Shown: one piece after another, positions 9,330-17,944 of the stretch
How positions within the stretch are numbered: position 1 is the first letter of the stretch
Layout of the letters: each line of letters starts with the position of its first letter
Virus record (IMG/VR): IMGVR_UViG_3300035180_001778
Location: 62,001-126,000 of that record
Length of the DNA stretch: 64,000 nt
Reading direction: 5' to 3' (one strand)
Program-made: the position numbers and the translations under genes
Notes under the pieces: model-generated
What the model was told of the DNA's origin: nothing
Databases searched by the model: none
Seen by the model: only the letters and a program-made list of their open reading frames with translations

Positions 9330-10576
9330 CCCACCGCTTCTGCCGGGACATCCCGGCGGAGGATGACAGCTTGACCCTTCCCCATGGCCGCTTCCTCCGT
9401 GATCCGGATCGAGACGATCGTGGGGTCGCTCGGCGAGATGTAGGCGTACGGAGCCAGGATGCTCTCGACGACGGACCGAAGCCCGCGGGCTCCCGTCGGC
9501 CGCTTCTTGGCCTCCTTGGCGATGTGCCGGAGGGCAGCATCATCGAACTGGAGATCGATGCGGTCCATGTGGAAGAGGGCCTTGACCTGCTTGATGATGG
9601 CGTTGCGGGGCTCCGTGAGGATCTTCAACATCTCCTCTTCCGTCAGCTCGATCACCGTCGTGAGCACCGGGACGCGCCCCATCAGCTCGGGGATGATCCC
9701 GAAGCTGAGAATGTCGTCTTCCTTCACCTCCAGGTAGGTCTCCGTCTTGGAGAGCTTCTTCTTGTCCTCCGCTCCGAATCCAAGGCTCGACTTGTGGTTC
9801 ACCCGCTGCGAGATGATGTCCTCGATTCCGGCGAAGGACCCGGCGCAGATGAAGAGCACGTTGGTGGTGTCGAACGGGTCCGATTCCCCACCTGACGTGA
9901 CCATCTTGCCCTGCCCGCGGGGCACGTTGATCTTGTTCCCTTCGAGGAGCTTGAGGAGGCTCTGCTGAACGCCTTCCCCCGTGACGTCGCGATAGCCGGT
10001 CGACCCGCGGCCCGACTTCCTCGCCAGCTTGTCGAACTCGTCGATGAAAATGATCCCCCACTGAGCACGCTCGATGTCCCCGTTGGCATCCGCGATGAGC
10101 CCCTGAATCAAGCTCTCGACGTCATCCCCGACGTAGCCCGCTTGCGTCAGCTTGGTCGCGTCCGCGTTGAACATGGGCACGCCCAACATCCGGGCGAGGG
10201 TTCGAGCGATCTCGGTCTTGCCGCAACCGCTCGGGCCGATGACCATCATGTTGCTCTTCTGGATCTCGACCCCAAGATCCAGGTTTTGACGGACGGCATC
10301 CCGCCGCTTGTAGTGGTTGTAGACGGCCACCGCCATGTCCACCTTCGCCCGTTCCTGCCCGATGACGTACTGATCCAGGAAGGCCCGGATTTCCATGGGC
10401 TTGCGAAGGACTTCCTTCTTGTCGGCGTTCTTCTTCAGCTCCGCTTCGCCGAAGGCTCGACCGATCTGCCCCACACACTTGTCACAGATGAGGGCGCCCC
10501 CCTCAACCCCCGCGAGGGCTTTCACCTCATTGCGGGGTTTTCCACAGAACGAGCACTTGGCGATGTTTTGGGCCAT
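9326..10576 (-). CDS. clpX: ATP-dependent Clp protease ATP-binding subunit ClpX
   Basis: N-terminal C4 zinc finger (CSFC..CDKC), Walker A GPSGCGKT, GYVG pore loop, IFIDEFDK, RDVTGEGVQQSLLK, LGF loop, GARGLRS. Confidence 0.95.
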   Translation of the reverse strand: MAQNIAKCSFCGKPRNEVKALAGVEGGALICDKCVGQIGRAFGEAELKKNADKKEVLRKPMEIRAFLDQYVIGQERAKVDMAVAVYNHYKRRDAVRQNLDLGVEIQKSNMMVIGPSGCGKTEIARTLARMLGVPMFNADATKLTQAGYVGDDVESLIQGLIADANGDIERAQWGIIFIDEFDKLARKSGRGSTGYRDVTGEGVQQSLLKLLEGNKINVPRGQGKMVTSGGESDPFDTTNVLFICAGSFAGIEDIISQRVNHKSSLGFGAEDKKKLSKTETYLEVKEDDILSFGIIPELMGRVPVLTTVIELTEEEMLKILTEPRNAIIKQVKALFHMDRIDLQFDDAALRHIAKEAKKRPTGARGLRSVVESILAPYAYISPSDPTIVSIRITEEAAMGKGQAVILRRDVPAEAVG

Positions 10577-10586
10577 GTTGATCTAG

Positions 10587-10592
10587 TACACC
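10587..10592 (-). promoter_or_regulatory. GGTGTA element 10 nt upstream of clpX ATG
   Basis: TACACC on + at 10587-10592, ATG at 10576. Confidence 0.6.
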
Positions 10593-10593
10593 A

Positions 10594-10623
10594 CAAAAGC
10601 CCAAAATGCCGAATCATTTTGGG
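10594..10623 (-). terminator. Intrinsic terminator
   Basis: 9-bp stem CCCAAAATG/CATTTTGGG with a 6-nt loop, followed on - by CTTTTGT, just after the 10625 stop. Confidence 0.65.
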
Positions 10624-10624
10624 G

Positions 10625-10957
10625 TCAGTCGACGTACTTCCGGTTCGCGATCATGTCCGCGAGCAGCGGGCCCATGGCGTCGTCAAAGAAGACCCGGACG
10701 ACGCCTTTGTAAACGGCACGCTTCACCGCTTCCTCTGTGACCTGGACTCCGTCCATCTCGACACTCTTCTCGGCTTCTGCAAGAGCAGCTCGGAAGAAGT
10801 CCGAAATTGCCTGTCCCTGTTTGATGTACTCTCGAAGGTAGGCCTCGATTTCCTTCTTCACAGACTTACCGTCGTGTTTCTGGTCCAACACGTTGTCGAT
10901 CACCCAGTCGACAGCCGAGGTAGGGTCAGACGCGCGACGATCGTAGGAGTAGCTCAT
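10625..10957 (-). CDS. Hypothetical protein with MSYSYDRRA leader (110 aa)
   Basis: ORF with ATGA overlap; helical. Confidence 0.75.
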   Translation of the reverse strand: MSYSYDRRASDPTSAVDWVIDNVLDQKHDGKSVKKEIEAYLREYIKQGQAISDFFRAALAEAEKSVEMDGVQVTEEAVKRAVYKGVVRVFFDDAMGPLLADMIANRKYVD

Positions 10958-11555
10958 GCCGGGATCTCCGCGTTTTTCTTGATCAGAGCCCGCTGAACGG
11001 ACTCACAAGACCTGCAACGACGCTGTACACCATAGGGTAGGCCATCGTACCGTCGATACTCCGAGCACTTTTTCGGTGTCTTACATTTACTGCAAGCCTT
11101 CACAGCACTCGGGTCGTACACCCCAAGCCATTTGGTACGCGTACGAGCATGGTGCGCTTGAGCTTCGGCCCGTTCACGTACCACAGTCTGAATTGGATCT
11201 TGTGCTCCAACTTTGTTGAGGGTTGGTATTTGGCGATTGCGTCCATTTCGTACTTCCTGGCATCCCCATCACTCGCTACCAACCAAACCTTCAAAAGAAG
11301 GCCTTGCTCTCGCACAGCTTGACCAATTCTCCGATCATGCTTGCATGTGGTTTGATTCGGTTCCCGGCGGTATTGCAGAATTCGACGCCAAACCCCAACC
11401 CCATTTGAATGTACCGCACACCCCGACCCAATGTAGCTAGGGCTTCCCGTTTTGGGATCGTAAAAACAGTAGACGCCGATACCTTCGGGTATCGATTTGC
11501 GTCCAAAATCAATCGCCCACATGTTCAACCCTTCTGCGTCAGGCGTGGTCAACAT
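10954..11555 (-). mobile_element. GIY-YIG endonuclease with C-terminal zinc-ribbon, frameshifted near 11220
   Basis: GVYCF..YIGSG..RRI..E..I..YQP, then in the -1 frame LNKVG..CSKC..CRSC; lower GC than flanks; 602+1 nt = 201 codons. Confidence 0.7.
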
Positions 11556-11587
11556 GAGATCGGTTACAGGTAGTGCAGGAAGCATCT

Positions 11588-12361
11588 TCAGGTAGGAATA
11601 TCGCAGTAAACAACGCAGTCCTGGAGCCAGTGCCCCTTGAGGCCGTCGCAGTGGACCTTCCCCGAGGGCTCGATGACGCAGATGCCGCCCTCGCCGAAGT
11701 CGTTCGGGACCTCTTTGCCGTAACGGTTCGCGACGATGAGCCAGGTGTTGTTGTCCTTCGCGAAGTCCCACCACGTCGTTGAAGGGAAGCCCCCGTTGCC
11801 CCAGTTGGCCGAGAAGCACACGACGTCAGCATCCCCCGATTCGTAGAAGTCGGTCCACTTGTCGTCCTTCTTGTTTCGGACGTCTCGGCAGATGAGAAGC
11901 CCGACCCGAAGCGTGGTGGAAGGCTCTCCAATCCCTGCCTCGAACTTCGCTCGGATGACGGGTGGATTCCCCTTCCCCTCGTGCGCCCAGAGGATGTCGT
12001 TCCCCCACAGGTTGACCTTGCGATAGGACTCGAAGTAGCCCGTGGGGTCGATGTAGACCTGGCTGTTGTAGAGCTTGTTGGTGCCCACCTCGCGCTCGAC
12101 CATTCCCCAGACGAGGTGGACGTTGTAGGCGGACGCGAGCGCGTGCATCGCCTTCATCGTCAGGCTGTTGAGGGATATCTCCTCAGCCACGGGGATGGCA
12201 TCCTCCTCGCCCATGAAGCTGTACCCCGTGGTGACCAGCTCCGGGAGAACGATGAGCCGGGCCCCGTTCTCCGCCGCGTGGAGAACGAGCCTGGCGACTT
12301 TGCGGAGATTTCCGAGCTTGTCCCCATACGTGGGGGCGAATTGAACAGCGGCGACCTTCAT
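11588..12361 (-). CDS. Carbon-nitrogen hydrolase (nitrilase superfamily)
   Basis: MKVAAVQ, LPEL (Glu), YRK (Lys), LICRD (Cys) catalytic triad, ANRYG. Confidence 0.9.
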   Translation of the reverse strand: MKVAAVQFAPTYGDKLGNLRKVARLVLHAAENGARLIVLPELVTTGYSFMGEEDAIPVAEEISLNSLTMKAMHALASAYNVHLVWGMVEREVGTNKLYNSQVYIDPTGYFESYRKVNLWGNDILWAHEGKGNPPVIRAKFEAGIGEPSTTLRVGLLICRDVRNKKDDKWTDFYESGDADVVCFSANWGNGGFPSTTWWDFAKDNNTWLIVANRYGKEVPNDFGEGGICVIEPSGKVHCDGLKGHWLQDCVVYCDIPT

Positions 12362-12390
12362 ACCAGAGGCCCCGATATGAGAAGAAACCG

Positions 12391-12956
12391 CTACTCTGCC
12401 TGAGCCCCTTTGGGGGACTCGTCGTTCTTGAGGGTCACCTTGAAAAGGGACGAGGAAGCCGTGTGGAAGATGACCACGCCTTCGGGGTCCATGTAGCCAG
12501 GAGCTGCCTGGCTCCCCTTCTCGCGAAGAAGGGTCAGAGCGTTCTCCGTGACGACTCGGATGTCCGTGCCGCGCCCGAGAACGGGAACGACGTGGCAGCA
12601 CTTCGGGCGAACCGCATCGTCACCCCAGATCGCGGTGTTGAAGAGGGAGAAGCGCTTCTCCTTGAGACCGTAGCCTCGACCGAGACCCGAGCCCCACCAC
12701 TCTCCGTTGTGACGCCCGGGGCCGAGCTTGAGGACCTCTTCCCGGTTCTCCTCGATCCAGCGGGCGAAGCCCTTGTAGTCGTCCTTGTAGGAGATGTACT
12801 TCGTGCGGGAGTTGACCCGGTAGGTCTGGAAGTCGTCGGCGATGGTGATCCCGACGTTGGCCCCGTCGAGCTTCTCCGTGGCGACACACTCGCGGTTCAA
12901 CCGGCTGATTTTTGGAAGGGATCGAAAGCGGTCTGGAGAAGTTCTTGAGCGTCCAT
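12391..12956 (-). CDS. RNA ligase-like nucleotidyltransferase (Rnl2-type), apparent -1 frameshift at A5 run 12909-12913
   Basis: TEKLDGAN (motif I), NSR, GEWWG, RFSLF, PEGVVI; true start inferred at ATG 12956 (GGTGTA-N10-ATG); 566+1 nt = 189 codons. Confidence 0.75.
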
Positions 12957-12965
12957 GTGGACTCT

Positions 12966-13355
12966 TTACACCGAGAACTGGTCCTCCCAGCTCTTGATCT
13001 TGGTCCCGCGGTACATGCGCTGGTTCCCCGGCTTGGGTTCCGCGTGCATCGTCAGCGTGTTCATGGGTCCCGAGCGGCCCCCAGGGAGCTTCACCACGTA
13101 GGTCTTCCCCTGGCACTCGATGACGCCCCGACCGCCCGCCAAGAGCGCACCGAAGACCGCTCGGGGCGTCCCGAGGTCGGCCCGGAACCGGATGAACGTA
13201 GAGGTTCCGACGCTCATCGTGTCGAGGCTTTCCAACCTCCGGAAGAGCACCTGTGCTGTCTTGGAGGCCATCATCACCGCTTTTGCCACGTCATGCGACG
13301 TCTCATAGCGCGTGGACTGAACTGCGAAGTATGTCGAGAGGTCGATATCATCCAT
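12966..13355 (-). CDS. Hypothetical protein (129 aa)
   Basis: ORF; start at MDDIDL. Confidence 0.7.
   Translation of the reverse strand: MDDIDLSTYFAVQSTRYETSHDVAKAVMMASKTAQVLFRRLESLDTMSVGTSTFIRFRADLGTPRAVFGALLAGGRGVIECQGKTYVVKLPGGRSGPMNTLTMHAEPKPGNQRMYRGTKIKSWEDQFSV
12967..12972 (-). promoter_or_regulatory. GGTGTA element 10 nt upstream of RNA ligase ATG
   Basis: 15-nt GGACTCTTTACACCG identical to 23994-24008. Confidence 0.6.
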
Positions 13356-14619
13356 TGAGGATCGCTTCAATCAAAGGGATTTGAACTTTGGGCAGCTTGC
13401 CCAGTGCGTAGTAAGACACCATCTCACAGAAGTTTTCGTCGGGGTCCGTTGCGGCGTATTGCGTCACAAACCCCTTGAATTCTTCCGGGGGGACAACTTG
13501 AATGTTGTTGACCCGACACCAAGCATCAATCTTCATCGAGAGCAAGGACTTGGGGTCGTCTGCGATGGCCAGATTCACCTTCGACTTCATGAAGTCGACA
13601 CCCGTGACGACCAAGTTCTCCCCCTTGAACACCAATTTATCCCCTGCGTTGGGGTAAAGGGCCAAGGGGATCTGAATGTCATTTTGGTGGTTCTGAACTG
13701 TCCGAAAAAGGTTCCGGATCTCAGCCTTTTTCGAGGCTAGGAACTTGTGAATGAGCCGGTGCGTCAGCTCGTGACAGACGGTCTGAACCGTATCCCACCC
13801 AGGCCGAATATTGGCCCTGACGAACATCTCGTCATTCTTGATGAGATAGAACGCCATGATGCGAGAGCTTTGGCTGATGGTCTTCGTGACCAGTATGTCC
13901 CCGTAGCACACCTTTGCAAGTCCGATCTCACGGAGAGCCCGCTCAGCTTTGGCGACGACCTCTTTGTTGGTGGCCATCACCTTCTCGTCGAAGTTGCCTG
14001 TGTTGACCAGCGTGAAACTACCCACAGGGATCCGGGTAGTCGCTGCGACATCAGGGTCACTGTGAAGCTTCGCCGTGGCAAGGACTTTCTCCCCAAGTAC
14101 CACTTGAGCGTTTAGAAGGTCCATCACCTCAACATAGGCATCGAGGTACTCGATCCACGCCGCCCACCCGAACTTGTAATCGCTCTTGAGACGAACCGTT
14201 GTACGGGTCTTATCCCAGAATCGAGTGGCTGCTTCTACCCCCTTTGAAAGGGCAGGGAGGATTGCGTACTGTTGTAGGAGAGAGAAGAAGAGAGAGGTCG
14301 CCAAAGGCTTGGCTCTCTTGTACCAATTCCCCATGCCCATCGTAGACACGATGTCTCGGATGCCTTTAGCGTAAGGCTCCAGATTGGGGGGCATGGGGGC
14401 TCTGTATCTGTCTCGGTCCTCGTTGAGGGGCAACTTGTCAAGCGCCTCCCGCAACAAGGTCGAAGACGTCATGGCAAAGTCTCCGTTTTCAGCGAATAGA
14501 GAGACCCATTTTTTGAACTGAGCCAGGAGTTCAACCGGATCGCCAATGGCGTCAGCCATGAATCGACGGTAAACCCTACGGGCGATGTTCGTAGCGTTGG
14601 ACGCGAAGTCGGGGGTCAT
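13348..14619 (-). CDS. RVA-type-leader protein with C-terminal zincin metallopeptidase motif
   Basis: IARRVYRRFMA leader; CHELTH (HExxH) and downstream YAATDPDENFCE; start at 14619 or 14631. Confidence 0.7.
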   Translation of the reverse strand: MTPDFASNATNIARRVYRRFMADAIGDPVELLAQFKKWVSLFAENGDFAMTSSTLLREALDKLPLNEDRDRYRAPMPPNLEPYAKGIRDIVSTMGMGNWYKRAKPLATSLFFSLLQQYAILPALSKGVEAATRFWDKTRTTVRLKSDYKFGWAAWIEYLDAYVEVMDLLNAQVVLGEKVLATAKLHSDPDVAATTRIPVGSFTLVNTGNFDEKVMATNKEVVAKAERALREIGLAKVCYGDILVTKTISQSSRIMAFYLIKNDEMFVRANIRPGWDTVQTVCHELTHRLIHKFLASKKAEIRNLFRTVQNHQNDIQIPLALYPNAGDKLVFKGENLVVTGVDFMKSKVNLAIADDPKSLLSMKIDAWCRVNNIQVVPPEEFKGFVTQYAATDPDENFCEMVSYYALGKLPKVQIPLIEAILNG

Positions 14620-15100
14620 CGGTGAGGGCACTCTCTCTCACCATCTCCCAGTCCGAAAGAAGATCAGTGGGAAATCGGGTCACAGAAGCGCCGGGCGGGA
14701 TGTCCACAGGAGGGACGATCGTGAGATCGATGAAGTCCACCCGACGTCCCTCCAGTGCCAGCCGGTAGATATGTGCTCCCCCGGCGATCCAGATCGCGTG
14801 GGTGTCTGCGATGTTCTCCGCCGTCAGGATGGCCGACTCCAGGCTCTCGCAGACAAGATCAGGTTGTACTTTGTCCGCCCTCATGTCGCCACGGCTCACG
14901 ACGAAGTGCGTCCTTCCATGGAGCAGCCCCGGGAGAGACCGGAAGGTCTTGCTCCCCATGACGAGGACGCCACCCATGGTGACCTGCTTGAACCGTCGGA
15001 AATCTGCCGGGTACTTCCAGGGCATCTTCCCGTCGATGCCAATGACTCCGCTGGGGTCCATGGCTGCGATCAGCGCCACAGCAATCGAGCTATCTTCCAC
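14576..15100 (-). CDS. folA: Dihydrofolate reductase
   Basis: LIAAM..GVIG..GKMPW..DFRRFK..TMG..VMGSKTF.SL..L.GR..VVSR, IAGGA.IY; GTG start with GGAG upstream. Confidence 0.92.
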   Translation of the reverse strand: MEDSSIAVALIAAMDPSGVIGIDGKMPWKYPADFRRFKQVTMGGVLVMGSKTFRSLPGLLHGRTHFVVSRGDMRADKVQPDLVCESLESAILTAENIADTHAIWIAGGAHIYRLALEGRRVDFIDLTIVPPVDIPPGASVTRFPTDLLSDWEMVRESALTDDPRLRVQRYEHRP

Positions 15101-15338
15101 CTGATCCTCTCCTTCAGCCAGGACTGTGTTTGAGGGTACGGGCATCGAGTGCGCCCACGCGAGGAATACTTCGTCGTACGTGCTCATACGAGGAACCCCA
15201 GGACTTCGGCTTGCCCAACGGCTCGCGCGCGACGTTTTCCAGCTCGCTCTTCCCGAAGACGACCCGCTCGAAGTCTTCGTCTCCGGTAGCGACGAAACCG
15301 ATCCATGAGACACTGCTCGGGTCGTCCGCTATACGTTT

Positions 15339-15809
15339 TCACCCGAGCATCTCCTTCGGGATGTTCCACGCACTCATGTACCCCACAGCCCGATCAAGAC
15401 GCAGCTTGAATTCAGCCTCGTCTACCTCACTCATGACCGGATCCCCGTGAGCATGCCTGTACCACTTCTGGTATGTGTCCAGCCTCTCGGGGACACCTTT
15501 CCAAGAACCAGGGAAGCCCTCATCAGAGCAGAGGCCCTGGAAGTACTCCGCCAGTGATTCCTGAATGTACCCCGGAGCCCATTCCGTCAGCGGCCATGAC
15601 GCAGGGCGAAGGCTGATCCTTCGAGGATTCCTCAGCTCAACCGTCAGGCTGAGAGCCCCTTGCAGCTCGATCACCCACCACTCATTCCCGTTGTAGGTGA
15701 CGGTGACCTTGTCACCCCACTTCCTCTGAACGAGCTGAATGAGGAAGTGGTTGATCTTCCCCGCGCTGAATCGACCTCCAGCAACAGTCACGAAAGCGTT
15801 GTTGGACAT
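15339..15809 (-). CDS. Hypothetical protein (156 aa)
   Basis: ATG at 15809 with TGATG overlap. Confidence 0.7.
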   Translation of the reverse strand: MSNNAFVTVAGGRFSAGKINHFLIQLVQRKWGDKVTVTYNGNEWWVIELQGALSLTVELRNPRRISLRPASWPLTEWAPGYIQESLAEYFQGLCSDEGFPGSWKGVPERLDTYQKWYRHAHGDPVMSEVDEAEFKLRLDRAVGYMSAWNIPKEMLG

Positions 15810-16116
15810 CAGAAGGTCACCCAGTCGGGCTTGGGTTTCGGGATGTGGCCTGCCCACAGAGGCCCCGTACCGTAGTACCGTTCGAGGACTTTACCACAGA
15901 CGGCACAGGAGAAGAGACGATGCGTGTTCGGTTTATTGAACCGAGCGGCCCACCCATCCCAAGCGAGGTCCCGCATGCAGACCGGCGTGTGCTCGCGACC
16001 CTCATGGCCGCCGCACCAACGCTTCTTGTCCTTCTTTGCAGGGATCGACCGAGGAGCATCAGGCCGGGAGCTTGACGCTCTGCCTTCTTCGCCGCCAGCT
16101 CTTCCTTGTAGCTCAT
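15809..16116 (-). CDS. Small Cys/His protein split by an apparent -1 frameshift at 16066-16068
   Basis: ATG 16116 (ATGA overlap) MSYKEELAAKKAERQAP joins RPDAP..KKDKKRWCGG..REH..C..CAVCGK; 308+1 nt = 103 codons. Confidence 0.6.
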
Positions 16117-16496
16117 CGTCGGGTCTTCTTCCTGACCAGCTCGTACTCGCCCTCGAAGAGTTCTTCGACGAACGCACGGCGGTTGTCTTCGTTTCCGAGG
16201 AGCGCGGGGCCGTAGATGCAGTTGAGCTTCTCGGCGAGGTACGTCAGGTTGTGAGGGTGGACCGGAAGTGCCTGCCCCGAGTGGGTATTGGCCATCGTGA
16301 AGTCTTGGCCGGCGCTCTGGGCTCTTTCGCAGACCTGTATGAACTCGTTCATCAGCCCGTTGAACTCGATGAAGGCGTGGACGCCCGTCCCCACTGCATC
16401 CCTGTAGTAGGTGCCCGACGCGAGCTTCATCTTGAGGATCATCACCGCCCGCTGTTCGGGGGTGTAGGCGTCGGGATCGGACGGGGGATTCTTCAT
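16113..16496 (-). CDS. Hypothetical protein (127 aa)
   Basis: GGTGTA-N10-ATG; HAFIEFNGLMNEFI..C segment. Confidence 0.8.
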   Translation of the reverse strand: MKNPPSDPDAYTPEQRAVMILKMKLASGTYYRDAVGTGVHAFIEFNGLMNEFIQVCERAQSAGQDFTMANTHSGQALPVHPHNLTYLAEKLNCIYGPALLGNEDNRRAFVEELFEGEYELVRKKTRR

Positions 16497-16517
16497 GGAG
16501 TCCTAATACACCAGGAC

Positions 16518-16985
16518 CTACCCGATATCCTCTTCCTCGTCATTCTGATTGAGGATCGCCGCCACATTTGAAGGGTGATACTTCAAGCAGGCCGCACAGA
16601 GAAGCGTACCCCCAAAAGGACGGACTTCTGCCGCTCGGGCACTGCACTGGCTTTTTCGATGCCCTGCCGTACAGGTGACGCACAGGCATCGAACCTTCGG
16701 GATCTTCTGCCCGTTAGTGTAGAAAGAGAGGTCTTGGAAGGCGAGGCCGATGTTCCGGTAGCTGTGCAAGAGCTGTTGCGCCGCCGAGTCGTAGGACTCG
16801 GTGCTGCCCGTGCTGCAAATCTGGAAGAGCACCGAGTTCTGCTCGTTCTCTGCGAACATGACAATTCGCACGATGTAGTGATCCCCGGCAGAATTGAGGA
16901 TCGCCCCCACGCGGGCCGGCTCGTTGAGGACCTGCTTGTAGAAGTGGATCAACTCCTGAACCGCGGAGGGGTCTTTCTCAGCCAT
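16518..16985 (-). CDS. Hypothetical protein with Cys-rich C-terminus (CLCVTC..C..CAAC)
   Basis: GGTGTA-N9-ATG at 16985. Confidence 0.7.
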   Translation of the reverse strand: MAEKDPSAVQELIHFYKQVLNEPARVGAILNSAGDHYIVRIVMFAENEQNSVLFQICSTGSTESYDSAAQQLLHSYRNIGLAFQDLSFYTNGQKIPKVRCLCVTCTAGHRKSQCSARAAEVRPFGGTLLCAACLKYHPSNVAAILNQNDEEEDIG

Positions 16986-16993
16986 ACCCCAGA

Positions 16994-17479
16994 TTACACC
17001 GGGTCTTCTTGAGGGATCCCCCATTTGATGAGGTTCACGTTCTGGTAGCGCGCGTCGAACGTGACTTCCTTCCCGAGCCAGGCGGGGTGCTCGATGTACT
17101 CCGTCGAGTTCTTCAGCTCAACCTCCGCAAGCCAGAGCCCTTCGAGGTGGCCCCCAAAGCGGTCGACCTCCCAGAGATGCACCGCAGTGTACACCTTGAA
17201 CCTGACCTTCGTCAGGGTGGCCGGGCACATGGCGAGCAACGAAACTCCGTCCTTGTAGGGAATTTCGTACTCGAACTCGGGACGTTCGAGTAGACCCGGA
17301 CCTTTGACGGTGAGGAAAGCCTGGAATGCGTTGGGAGCTTCCAGCGTGGTACGAACCCGCACGCAGGGTTTCTCCGAGAGGTAGCCCTGGACGATGTTCG
17401 TCCCACCACCCCGATAGGCCTCGGGGTGGAAGTACTCGGTGGTGGTGAGGAGGAACTTGCGCTCGAATTCAGTGCCCAT
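16994..17479 (-). CDS. CYTH (triphosphate tunnel metalloenzyme) domain protein
   Basis: EFERKFL, VRVR, LTVKG, EFEYEIP, WEVDRF, LAEVEL, WLGKEVT; GGTGTA-N10-ATG. Confidence 0.9.
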   Translation of the reverse strand: MGTEFERKFLLTTTEYFHPEAYRGGGTNIVQGYLSEKPCVRVRTTLEAPNAFQAFLTVKGPGLLERPEFEYEIPYKDGVSLLAMCPATLTKVRFKVYTAVHLWEVDRFGGHLEGLWLAEVELKNSTEYIEHPAWLGKEVTFDARYQNVNLIKWGIPQEDPV

Positions 17480-17502
17480 ACGGGCATAGTACACCGAAAG
17501 CG

Positions 17503-17745
17503 CTACCCGGTCTTGACGGTCCTGGTAGGCGCCCACGGGTCGAAGTCGCCCTGCATGGGGATGATGGGGTTCGAAACGATCACGGTCGTCGTTTCGTCGA
17601 AGCTCAGCTCGATGTAGACGTCCATCTCCTTCAGCTTGAGGAGAGGGAATTTGGGGTCATTCAGGGTGGCCGAGATCTCGTGCCAGGCCTTCTCCATCGT
17701 GTCGAGGAAGCGCTTCCTGTGCGCCGCCAGTTCTTCAGGACTCAC
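17503..17745 (-). CDS. Hypothetical protein (80 aa)
   Basis: GTG start VSPEEL; GC3-rich. Confidence 0.6.
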   Translation of the reverse strand: MSPEELAAHRKRFLDTMEKAWHEISATLNDPKFPLLKLKEMDVYIELSFDETTTVIVSNPIIPMQGDFDPWAPTRTVKTG

Positions 17746-17944
17746 TGGAGAATCCCCCCTTCGAGGGCCTCTTGATGGTGTCGAGAGCCTCTTCGGGGAA
17801 GCTATGCGTGACCACATTGGCCCCGTCGAACCAGACGCATTTGAAATAAGGGGGCCTCACGTCGGAGGGGGAGGAGGCCCCCTTATCCACCACGGTCATC
17901 TCGGGACCGCCGGACTTGAGCTGAACCACATCACCGATCTTCAT
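17735..17944 (-). CDS. YodC/DUF2158-family small protein
   Basis: MKIGDVVQLKSGGPEMTV..CVWFDG..FPEEAL. Confidence 0.85.
   Translation of the reverse strand: MKIGDVVQLKSGGPEMTVVDKGASSPSDVRPPYFKCVWFDGANVVTHSFPEEALDTIKRPSKGGFSSES

Noticed and set aside
15101-15338. N-terminal extension of DHFR or a small gene between folA and 15339
   Set aside because: Coding-like codons switch between frames and no single consistent ORF can be supported; folA is better started at GTG 15100.
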